Source: Candidatus Latescibacterota bacterium
Lineage (GTDB): Bacteria > Latescibacterota > UBA2968 > UBA8231
Assembly: GCA_965215195.1 (NCBI GenBank)
Contig: CBDCDC010000002.1
Location: 1,696,001-1,760,000 of the forward strand
Length of the DNA stretch: 64,000 nt
Reading direction: 5' to 3'
Shown here: positions 22,388-30,560 of the stretch, one piece after another
How the letters are laid out: each line of letters begins with the position of its first letter
How positions within the stretch are numbered: position 1 is the first letter of the stretch
Notes under the pieces: model-generated
The model's database searches: none
Told to the model about the DNA's origin: nothing
Seen by the model: the letters and a program-made list of their open reading frames with translations, nothing else
Program-made: the position numbers and the translations under genes

Positions 22388-23314
22388 ATGCCCAAGAGCC
22401 TTCTTCCGCTTGCATTCGCCCTGTTGTTGACCGGGGCTGTACACGCCGCCTCGCGCTACGCCGGCGAGTTTCTCGGCTTGGGCGCGGGTGCCCGCTCTGC
22501 GGCCTTGGGCAGCGCCTACGTGGCCCTCGCAGACGACGCCACCGCCGGCTATTGGAATGCGGCCGGCCTATCTGCCCTCAGCAGTCGCCAAGTTCACCTA
22601 ACGCATGCCGAGCACTTCGCCGGCCTCATCCAGCGCGATTTTGTCGCCGTCGCTCGGCCGGGTCGCCTCTTGCACGGCATGGCCCTGAGCTTGGTCCGCA
22701 TGGGCATTGGCGACATCCACTTTACCGAACTGCCGGATCCCCTCCAGCCTCCAAGCACCGACAACCGCCCCCTCATCGCCTCAACCGAGCAAAGCGCGGA
22801 TTACGCCCTGTACCTGTCGGGCAGTCGTCGGCTTGGGGCGCACCTATCCCTCGGGCTAAGCACCAAGGCCATTTACCGCCAAGTCGCCTCCTTCAACGCC
22901 TATGGCTTCGGCCTCGACTTGGGCGTGCGCTACCAATTGAGCCACCAGATCGCGCTGGCGGCTAACGTGCGCGACGCGACCACCACGCCCATCGTCTGGA
23001 ATACGGACAGCACCGATCGCATCCAGCCCTCGCTGCTGTTGGGCGTAGCGTACGCCATACCCATTGCCGAGGGCCAGACCACCGCCCTCCTAGCCACCCG
23101 CTCCGGCGGCGACGCAGCGACCGCCGACGTCCCGCTCAACGCCGGCCTAGAATACCGCCATCGCTACATCGCCTTGCGGGCTGGATTGGAGGAAGGCCGC
23201 CAGTCCTTTGGGCTAGGGCTTACCCCCCACCGCAACCTCGACCTCGACCTCGCCTATTTGCAGCACGATGCGCTCGAAGCAACCTACCAGTTGTCCGCCG
23301 GCTTCCGCTTCTGA
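22388..23314 (+). CDS. PorV/PorQ-family outer-membrane beta-barrel protein
   Basis: Signal peptide; FLGLGAGARSAALGSAYVALADDATAGYWNAAGL; C-terminal Phe (YQLSAGFRF). Confidence 0.8.
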   Translation: MPKSLLPLAFALLLTGAVHAASRYAGEFLGLGAGARSAALGSAYVALADDATAGYWNAAGLSALSSRQVHLTHAEHFAGLIQRDFVAVARPGRLLHGMALSLVRMGIGDIHFTELPDPLQPPSTDNRPLIASTEQSADYALYLSGSRRLGAHLSLGLSTKAIYRQVASFNAYGFGLDLGVRYQLSHQIALAANVRDATTTPIVWNTDSTDRIQPSLLLGVAYAIPIAEGQTTALLATRSGGDAATADVPLNAGLEYRHRYIALRAGLEEGRQSFGLGLTPHRNLDLDLAYLQHDALEATYQLSAGFRF

Positions 23315-24194
23315 ACAACCCCGCGTCGGCTACGTAGCCTTGGCCGGTCGCCCCAACGCGGGTAAATCTACCCTCTTCAACGCCTTCTTGGGCCAGCGGC
23401 TCTCCATCGTCACCGCCAAACCGCAGACGACCCGCAGCCGCATCCTCGGCATCCTCACCCGTCCACAGAGCCAAGTAATTTTCTTGGACACGCCGGGCCT
23501 GCTCGACGCTTCCTATAAGCTGCACGAGACCATGGCGCGCCAAATCGACCAAGCCGCCCGCCAAGCCGACCTCGTCTTGCTGCTGTTCGACGCCTCCCGC
23601 CCCAAAGACCGCAGCCCGTTAGTGAAGCACTTCCTAGAGCGCGTACAGGCACCCGTTTTAGCCGCGCTCAACAAGATCGACCTAGTACAACCCGCCCAGC
23701 TAGAGGCTCTGCAAAAAAGCCTCTCGGACGAGTTCGGCATTGCCAGCCCGATCCCGGTCTCCGCTCTGCGCGGCGACCGACTCGGCAAATTGCTGGCGCG
23801 CCTAGAGGCCCAGCTACCCTGCGGCCCCAAGCTCTACCCGGACGATATGATAGCCGAACAGCCCGAGCGGTTTTTTGCCGCCGAGCGCATCCGCGAGGTA
23901 GCTTTTGAGCACCTTGAGGACGAGCTGCCCTACGCCATCAACATCCACATTGAGGAATTCCGCCAGCGCCCAAGCCACAAAACCTACATCCGCGCCATTA
24001 TCTACGTCGGGCGCGAGAGTCAGAAGGGCATTGTCATCGGCAAGAGGGGAATGCGCCTGCGGTCCATCGGACGCCGAGCACGCGCCGCCTTAGAGGAACT
24101 ACTCGACGCGCCCGTCTATATAGAACTATGGGTAAAAGTCCGCCCAAACTGGCGCGACAAAGAGCGCGATTTGCGGGAATTTGGTTATCTCTGA
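23268..24194 (+). CDS. era: GTPase Era
   Basis: GRPNAGKST, PQTTR, DTPG, NKID, KH domain SQKGIVIGKRG; start uncertain. Confidence 0.95.
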   Translation: MRSKQPTSCPPASASEQPRVGYVALAGRPNAGKSTLFNAFLGQRLSIVTAKPQTTRSRILGILTRPQSQVIFLDTPGLLDASYKLHETMARQIDQAARQADLVLLLFDASRPKDRSPLVKHFLERVQAPVLAALNKIDLVQPAQLEALQKSLSDEFGIASPIPVSALRGDRLGKLLARLEAQLPCGPKLYPDDMIAEQPERFFAAERIREVAFEHLEDELPYAINIHIEEFRQRPSHKTYIRAIIYVGRESQKGIVIGKRGMRLRSIGRRARAALEELLDAPVYIELWVKVRPNWRDKERDLREFGYL

Positions 24195-24209
24195 ACCGGA
24201 GAAAGGAAC

Positions 24210-24248
24210 GCCCATGAACGTCCTAGTCGTCGGCAAGGGAGGGCGCGA
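24210..24248 (+). repeat. Duplicate of the purD 5' end (copy 1; mini-ORF 24214-24255 MNVLVVGKGGREG*)
   Basis: 37/39 identical to 27030-27068, with its own AAAGGA RBS. Confidence 0.9.
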
Positions 24249-24251
24249 GGG

Positions 24252-24395
24252 TTAAGGCTTGAGCGAGGTTATTCCCATTATCGAAAGTTGTGAATCTTTC
24301 TGTTTTAGGCGATGGTAAATCATCGAAGCGTCTTTATGATGTTGATCTTTTCGATTTGAAAGGCCGACCCAAGCCCCGGTATCGACAAAAATCAT
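24252..24395 (-). pseudogene. VapC/PIN toxin remnant (frameshifted, truncated)
   Basis: MIFVDTGAWVGLF, then after a 1-nt frameshift NRKDQHHKDASMIYHRLKQK, a typical PIN N-terminus. Confidence 0.75.
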
Positions 24396-24400
24396 GGTCT

Positions 24401-26962
24401 TTACTCCAGCCCATAAATGATGTCATCATGGTTGACAGAGCCATCGGTTCGATCTGATTCATAGAATCCAACTAAATCGCTGAGAGTCGCATATCCCTTT
24501 TTTCTTCTTTTGAACATATTTTCCGCTTCCAACCCGGGCAATCCCTCCACAATTCCTACTGTCTCCACGCTCACTGCGATGACCTTCCCAATTAGCTTGA
24601 CGATGTACTGCGGATCATCAGCGCGATTCGGATCATTGACGATCCCGCTTCGCCTGTCTGTCTTGACTCTGTACTGATCGACAATCCATTCCAACGCCGA
24701 CCGATTGCCCAGCCGATAGTCAAACGCCGCGGGCGGAATGCCAACCAGCGTCAAGAAATCGTTGTACATAATCTGCGTCTGATCTTTGGACAGCCGCATC
24801 TTCTCCACGCGCCAGTCGAGCGGCAATTCCGAATTCTCGATGAACTCAAGCTGATATTCGGGCACCTCTTCATAGCCGACGTGGATTTCTGCCAATCGCT
24901 TCCCCGCTTTCGCGTACTGCCAAAAATCCGGTTCATAGGGAATGCGCGGCAGTGCGCACTTGAGATTGGCTCGATACCGCTCTCTGTATTCCGGGTGGTG
25001 CAGCAAGCCATACACATAATGGAAAATGTCCCATTTGCCGATGGTGTCGTCTCGGTAGTTCAAGCGGAATCGCGCCAATGCCCAATCGGTGATGTTTTCG
25101 CGGCGGTTTGTTCCGTCCTCGTCGTAGGTGTAGAAGGGGAAGCATTGGGAACCGCCTTGCGGTAGTTGGTCGGGCAGTTTGTTGACCATCAGCGCGAACA
25201 TCGGCCATTCTTGCCCTACCTTAACCCATATCACGCGATTTTTTGTAAAAAGACCGATGCTTACCCCCACCCGAATACCGAATACGTTAGCATCCACAAC
25301 CTTCAATCCCTTGCGTACATTCCCGCCCAAGTCCAAAACGTAAATCGCAGCGAAATCGTCTGCGAGATGTTTTCGCATCCCGTCAAAGGTCTCCCCATCG
25401 AGAAAGCTGTTGTTCGTCACAAAGGCAACCACGCCCTCATCACCAATTCGATCCGACGCCCACCGAATCGCCTTTATGTATGGGTCGTAGAGTTTATTTT
25501 TGAGCGTCGCTTGAGAATCTTTCGCATAAGTATCCCTCACTCGTGCATCCATCGTCTCGTATTTCCGATTCTTATTATTGTCGTTCTCATTGATCTGCCC
25601 GACGTTGTAAGGTGGATTGCCAATGATCACAAACATCTCCGTTTCTTTTTGCTTTTCAACTCTCGCTGTATTCTCCGTCGTGAACAGTGGTATTTGCTCG
25701 TCCTCGGCCAGTTCAAAGGTATCCACCAAGCATATCCCCTCAAACGATTGATAATAGCCCGTGGCCTCATAAAACTCGTGCTCAATGTTCATAGACGCGA
25801 TGTAATACGGCAGCAGCAGCACCTCGTTGCAGTGGAGTTCGGATGCGTACTTGCCTTCGAGTGCAGTCCGGCGAATCTCCCGCATCATGCGGACGATGAA
25901 ATTGCCCGTTCCCACAAACGGGTCGATGATGTGAACGCCAGAATTGGAGAGAGAACGGTCAAACTCGGTCTTCAGAACATGTTCAACGCTTTTTACCATA
26001 AAATCCACAATCGGCTGCGGCGTGTACACAATGCCGTGTGTATCGGCCACCTCAACCGAGAAACCCTGAAAAAATTGCTCGTACACAGTGTTGAGAAAAT
26101 GCTGTTTCTGAGAAAAATCGCCGATGGTTTCCGCAGTGCGCTCAATGGCCACATAAAAGCGGTCGAGGCTCTGGAGAAAATCGTCGCGATTAAACGACCG
26201 CGACGTGAGCGCGTCAATGACCTTTTCGATCTCGGTGGCGATAACATTGCGGCGCGTAAAGTCCGGGTTGCTGAACACCGTGCGGAAAAGCCGCTCGGTC
26301 AAAAGGTGCTGAATGAGCATCTCCTCGACCGCCGCCGCCGAGAGATTCGGGTTGATCGACAACTGACACTTCTCGAAGAAATCAGCAAAGGCTTTGACAA
26401 ACTCCTGATTGCTCTGCCGTTCCTCCCGGATCCTCTCCGCCAACCCTCGCCCAATTTCGGGGACCTTGTCCTTGAACTGCGCCACCGCCGCCTCCCATTC
26501 GGCGATCTCCAGCAGATGGTGCGAAAAGAAAGCTTCGAGCGTTTCAATCAGCCGTTGTGGATCGGTCAGGTCCTCGTCTAAAATGCACTCGCCATTCTGC
26601 CAAAGAATCGCCCGTTCTGGTGTCTGAAATAAGATATTGTCCCTCGGATAACCTGCCGCAAACTTGCGCTGTACCTCGGCTTCCAAGTCGTCGTCAATAT
26701 CCTTCGCCTCCCAAATCCCGTGCAGCAAGTTGAAATCGTCGATCAAAGCTCCATCGACGCGAATTTCTCCGTTGCGCCCGAGGGATATTGAACGTTCAGG
26801 CACGAGCTTCCATTGAACTTGCCGCCCACACAATTCGAGCAGTGCTTGAAATGCCGAGCGCACTGCCCCTTCATGCGTTACCCCGAGCTGCTTAAATTCT
26901 GCGAGCGACTTATAGTATGCTTTGACTGGCTGGTATGTGGGTTTGAGACTGAGCGTCGGCAT
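24401..26962 (-). CDS. Fused restriction endonuclease/N6-adenine methyltransferase with Type ISP-like C-terminal specificity domain (helicase-less, Type IIG-like); possibly internally deleted
   Basis: N-terminal RVDG..WEAK nuclease motif, GIVYTPQPIV, IIDPFVGTGNF (motif I), IGNPPY (motif IV), YRLGNRSALEWIVDQY; AT-richer than flanks. Confidence 0.88.
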   Translation of the reverse strand: MPTLSLKPTYQPVKAYYKSLAEFKQLGVTHEGAVRSAFQALLELCGRQVQWKLVPERSISLGRNGEIRVDGALIDDFNLLHGIWEAKDIDDDLEAEVQRKFAAGYPRDNILFQTPERAILWQNGECILDEDLTDPQRLIETLEAFFSHHLLEIAEWEAAVAQFKDKVPEIGRGLAERIREERQSNQEFVKAFADFFEKCQLSINPNLSAAAVEEMLIQHLLTERLFRTVFSNPDFTRRNVIATEIEKVIDALTSRSFNRDDFLQSLDRFYVAIERTAETIGDFSQKQHFLNTVYEQFFQGFSVEVADTHGIVYTPQPIVDFMVKSVEHVLKTEFDRSLSNSGVHIIDPFVGTGNFIVRMMREIRRTALEGKYASELHCNEVLLLPYYIASMNIEHEFYEATGYYQSFEGICLVDTFELAEDEQIPLFTTENTARVEKQKETEMFVIIGNPPYNVGQINENDNNKNRKYETMDARVRDTYAKDSQATLKNKLYDPYIKAIRWASDRIGDEGVVAFVTNNSFLDGETFDGMRKHLADDFAAIYVLDLGGNVRKGLKVVDANVFGIRVGVSIGLFTKNRVIWVKVGQEWPMFALMVNKLPDQLPQGGSQCFPFYTYDEDGTNRRENITDWALARFRLNYRDDTIGKWDIFHYVYGLLHHPEYRERYRANLKCALPRIPYEPDFWQYAKAGKRLAEIHVGYEEVPEYQLEFIENSELPLDWRVEKMRLSKDQTQIMYNDFLTLVGIPPAAFDYRLGNRSALEWIVDQYRVKTDRRSGIVNDPNRADDPQYIVKLIGKVIAVSVETVGIVEGLPGLEAENMFKRRKKGYATLSDLVGFYESDRTDGSVNHDDIIYGLE

Positions 26963-27033
26963 GGTAGAGGCTCCATTTACTCACAATTAAAGTTAGCGTA
27001 TGTTTTCTAACAATAGCAAAAAAGGATCTGCCC

Positions 27034-28383
27034 ATGAACGTCCTAGTGGTCGGCAAAGGAGGGCGCGAACACGCGCTCGTGTGGAAACTGGCGCAGAGCC
27101 AGCGCATCGACAAACTCTACGTCGCCCCCGGCAACCCCGGCATGGCCGCCCTCGCTGAATGCGTCGATATTCGCGTCGATACCCCGGTGGCCGAGCGCGA
27201 AAAACTCGCTGGCGAAATCGAGCGCCTCGTCGCCTTTGCCCACGAGCGGCAAATCGGGCTGACCGTCGTCGGCCCAGACGACGCGCTCGCCGGCGGCATC
27301 GTCGATCGCTTCCGCGCCAGCGGCTTGCCGATCTTCGGCCCCACCGAGGCCGCCGCCCGCATCGAAAGCAGCAAGGTCTTCGCCAAAGAGTTGATGCAGC
27401 GCGTCGGCGTCCCCACCGCCCGGCACCAGAGCTTCACCGACAGCCAAGCCGCCAGTGCCTATATCCGCGAGCAGGGTGCCCCAATCGTAGTCAAGGCCAG
27501 CGGCCTAGCCGCCGGCAAGGGTGCGGTCGTCTGCCACAGTGTGGATAAAGCCCTCGCAGCAGCGCGCGAAATGCTCGACGAAGACGTCTTAGGCGGAGCC
27601 GGCCGCCATATCGTCGTCGAGGAATACATGGCTGGCGAGGAAGCCTCGCTCTTTGCAATCTGCGACGGCGAGCATTTTATCACCCTGACACCCGCCCAAG
27701 ACCACAAACCCATCTACGACAGCGACCAAGGCCCCAATACCGGCGGCATGGGGGCCTACGCTCCGGCACCCGTGATGACGCCGGCCCTCGTGCGCGAGGC
27801 CGAGGAGCGCGTCATCCGACCTGTACTCGCCGAAATGCGCCGGCTGGGCACTCCGTACCAAGGCGTGCTTTACTGCGGGCTGATGTGTACCGACGCGGGC
27901 GTTAAAGTGGTAGAGTTCAACGCCCGCTTCGGCGACCCCGAATGCCAGATCCTCATGCCCCTGCTCAAAACCGACCTCGTCGATTTGCTCACTGCCGCCT
28001 GCGACGGCCGCTTGCACCAAGTGCAAGTCGAATGCGCGCCTCGGGCGGCCGCCTGCGTGGTCATGGCCTCGGACGGCTATCCACAAACTTATGAGAAGGG
28101 CTTTGAGATCCGCGGCTTGGAGGCTTTTGCCGACCGCGACGACATCTTCGTCTTTCACGCCGGCACGGCCCAGCGCGATGGTCGCTTCATTACGGACGGC
28201 GGCCGGGTGCTCGGGGTGACGGCCACGGACGCCGATATCCAAGCTGCTGTCGCCAAAGCCTATTCGGCAGTAGATCAGATCGCCTTTGACAACGCCTATT
28301 GCCGCCGCGACATCGCCTATCGTGCCCTAAGACAGGGGCCAAGGACCAGCCCCAGCACCGCGTCCGGCGGCCGGGTCGGGTGA
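27034..28383 (+). CDS. purD: Phosphoribosylamine-glycine ligase
   Basis: VGKGGREHAL, APGNPG, GLAAGKG, GPNTGGMGAY, EFNARFGDPE, GGRVL. Confidence 0.97.
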   Translation: MNVLVVGKGGREHALVWKLAQSQRIDKLYVAPGNPGMAALAECVDIRVDTPVAEREKLAGEIERLVAFAHERQIGLTVVGPDDALAGGIVDRFRASGLPIFGPTEAAARIESSKVFAKELMQRVGVPTARHQSFTDSQAASAYIREQGAPIVVKASGLAAGKGAVVCHSVDKALAAAREMLDEDVLGGAGRHIVVEEYMAGEEASLFAICDGEHFITLTPAQDHKPIYDSDQGPNTGGMGAYAPAPVMTPALVREAEERVIRPVLAEMRRLGTPYQGVLYCGLMCTDAGVKVVEFNARFGDPECQILMPLLKTDLVDLLTAACDGRLHQVQVECAPRAAACVVMASDGYPQTYEKGFEIRGLEAFADRDDIFVFHAGTAQRDGRFITDGGRVLGVTATDADIQAAVAKAYSAVDQIAFDNAYCRRDIAYRALRQGPRTSPSTASGGRVG

Positions 28384-28414
28384 CTGATCGCTGGCCGGAA
28401 ACAGGCTACTAAAT

Positions 28415-28780
28415 ATGCCCAGCGACGCGCTCCGCCTGCGCAACATGCGCTTTTTTGCCTACCACGGGCTTTTCCCCGAAGAGACCGCACTCGGCCAGCA
28501 CTACGAGGTCGATATCGAACTCTACGGCGACTTTCGCCAGGCAGGTCGCAGCGACGACATAGACGCGGCGATCAACTATTTAGACCTGTACGCGCTGGTG
28601 GCCGATGTCGTCACCGGCGAGCCTTGCAAATTGGTCGAAGCCCTCGCCGAGCGCATCGCCGAAAAGGTGGGTGCCCACTGCGCCCCGGTCGAACTCGTCG
28701 TCCGCGTGCGCAAACCCAACCCCCCGGTCGCCGCACACTTTGACGGCATCGAAGTCGAAATACGCCGTTCCTATGCCTGA
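28415..28780 (+). CDS. folB: Dihydroneopterin aldolase
   Basis: FFAYHG..EE..GQ, INY, LVEALAE, VRKPNPP. Confidence 0.93.
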   Translation: MPSDALRLRNMRFFAYHGLFPEETALGQHYEVDIELYGDFRQAGRSDDIDAAINYLDLYALVADVVTGEPCKLVEALAERIAEKVGAHCAPVELVVRVRKPNPPVAAHFDGIEVEIRRSYA

Positions 28781-29285
28781 GCGAGCTTATATCGCCATCG
28801 GCAGCAACCTCGGCGACCGCCGCGCGTACCTCAAAGCCGGGATCAAAGAAGTCGCCGCACTCCCCAACACGCGCCTCGCGGCGGTCTCTTGCGCTTATGA
28901 GACCCGGCCGCTGGGGCCGGTCGCGCAACCGGATTTCCTCAACGCCGTCTTTGCCATAGAAACTTCGCTCGCCCCCGAGCCGCTGGTAGCCGCTCTGCTC
29001 GCTGCAGAAAAAAAACACCAGCGGCAACGCCGCATTCACTGGGGGCCGCGCACCCTCGATCTCGACCTGCTGCTCTATGGCGCATACGTCGTCGAAAGTG
29101 CCAGCCTGACCCTACCCCATCCGCGCATGAACGAGCGCAGCTTTGTGCTAGTGCCCCTCTGCGAAATCGCCCCCGACCTGCGCCATCCCATCACCGGCCT
29201 ACCCTTCGCCACCCACCTCGCCGCACTCGCTGACGCCGGGGACGCCCGCGCCGTAGGCCCTCTCGTCCTCCCCGCCACCGCATGA
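28773..29285 (+). CDS. folK: 2-amino-4-hydroxy-6-hydroxymethyldihydropteridine diphosphokinase
   Basis: AYIAIGSNLGDR, FLNAV, WGPRTLDLDLL, PHPRMNERSFVL. Confidence 0.95.
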   Translation: MPERAYIAIGSNLGDRRAYLKAGIKEVAALPNTRLAAVSCAYETRPLGPVAQPDFLNAVFAIETSLAPEPLVAALLAAEKKHQRQRRIHWGPRTLDLDLLLYGAYVVESASLTLPHPRMNERSFVLVPLCEIAPDLRHPITGLPFATHLAALADAGDARAVGPLVLPATA

Positions 29286-30130
29286 AACGCATACACACAG
29301 TCGCGGAAATGCAGCGACAGTCCGATGCTTGGCGCGGCGCGGGCCAGTGCATTGGGCTAGTACCGACGATGGGTTTTTTGCACGAGGGGCATCTCAGCTT
29401 GGTCGATTGCAGCCTCGAAGCGGCCGACCGCACGGTCGTCAGCATCTTCGTCAACCCACTGCAATTCGGGCCGAAAGAAGACTTCGCCATCTATCCGCAC
29501 GACATGGAGCGCGACCTCAACCTGCTGGCCCGCCGAGGAGTCGATGCGGTCTTCCATCCCAAGACAGCGGCATTCTATCCCCCTGATTTCTCGACCTTCG
29601 TCGAGGTCGAGGAGCTAACCAAGGGCCTGTGCGGTCCCTTCCGCCCCGGGCACTTCCGCGGCGTTGTCACCGTAGTGACCAAGCTATTTGCCGCCGTCAA
29701 ACCGCACCTAGCCATCTTCGGCCAGAAAGACTACCAGCAGGCGGCCGTCATTCGTCGCCTAGTGCGCGATTTGAACTTGGATTTGCGCGTGGAGGTCGCC
29801 CCTACCGTGCGCGAAGCAGATGGCCTCGCCATGAGCTCGCGCAACGTCCTCCTCAGCGCAGAAGAGCGACAGCGTGCATCGGCACTCTACCAAGCGCTCA
29901 CAATGGGCCGCGAACGAATCGAACAGGGCGAGCGCGACGCCAGCCAAATCACAGCCGAGATGCGGGCGCATATCGAGCGCACACTCAACGCGTCCATTGA
30001 CTACATTTCGATCGCGCACCCGGACACCCTCGAAGAAGTGGCCCATATCACCGGCCCGGTCGTCATCGCCCTCGCCGTGTGCCTGTCCAACGTCCGGCTG
30101 ATCGACAACGTCACAGCGGCACCCACATAA
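29282..30130 (+). CDS. panC: Pantoate-beta-alanine ligase
   Basis: VPTMGFLHEGH, SIFVNPLQF, RPGHFRGV, FGQKDYQQ, GLAMSSRN, RLIDN. Confidence 0.97.
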   Translation: MKRIHTVAEMQRQSDAWRGAGQCIGLVPTMGFLHEGHLSLVDCSLEAADRTVVSIFVNPLQFGPKEDFAIYPHDMERDLNLLARRGVDAVFHPKTAAFYPPDFSTFVEVEELTKGLCGPFRPGHFRGVVTVVTKLFAAVKPHLAIFGQKDYQQAAVIRRLVRDLNLDLRVEVAPTVREADGLAMSSRNVLLSAEERQRASALYQALTMGRERIEQGERDASQITAEMRAHIERTLNASIDYISIAHPDTLEEVAHITGPVVIALAVCLSNVRLIDNVTAAPT

Positions 30131-30215
30131 AGGAATTTTGGCATTAGAAGCACGGCCGCTATATTTTATCGACGGACGGGATCGGCCCGCCCGCAAACGT
30201 GAAAGGAGGAATCAG

Positions 30216-30503
30216 ATGAACGAATTTGAAACCAAAGTCCACGAACACGACATCACCTTAGCCCGCTTGGAAACGCTGATTGAGCAGAGCGATCGCCGCT
30301 TTGACACCGTTGAACACAAGATCGACAACTCCGAGAAAAACACCAACGCCCGGTTTGAGAGCGCCGAGAAAAACACCAACGCCCGCTTTGAGGTGGTGGA
30401 ACGAAAAATCGACAGCATAGACCGGCGCATGAATTGGTTTCTCGGCCTGTTGTTCACCAGTTGGCTATCGACTATCGGCGTGATTCTGTATAAGCTGCAG
30501 TAA
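30216..30503 (+). CDS. Small coiled-coil protein with 11-aa repeat and C-terminal TM anchor (Bdr/DUF1640-like)
   Basis: AAAGGAGG RBS; EKNTNARFE x2, KID motifs; hydrophobic C-terminus. Confidence 0.75.
   Translation: MNEFETKVHEHDITLARLETLIEQSDRRFDTVEHKIDNSEKNTNARFESAEKNTNARFEVVERKIDSIDRRMNWFLGLLFTSWLSTIGVILYKLQ
30331..30392 (+). repeat. 33-bp-period in-frame tandem repeat (2 copies)
   Basis: CCGAGAAAAACACCAACGCCCG(G/C)TTTGAG at 30331 and 30364. Confidence 0.9.
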
Positions 30504-30513
30504 TTGTAGTTGG

Positions 30514-30545
30514 ATCGCCGTCGCCGCCAATCGGACGACGGCGAT
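30514..30545. terminator. Stem-loop between convergent genes
   Basis: Perfect 10-bp inverted repeat ATCGCCGTCG / CGACGGCGAT; weak U-tract. Confidence 0.5.
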
Positions 30546-30560
30546 TCGCGTTTGTAGCCT

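Noticed and set aside
25166-26581. 471-aa plus-strand ORF
   Set aside because: Antisense shadow of the R-M gene with no recognisable motifs.
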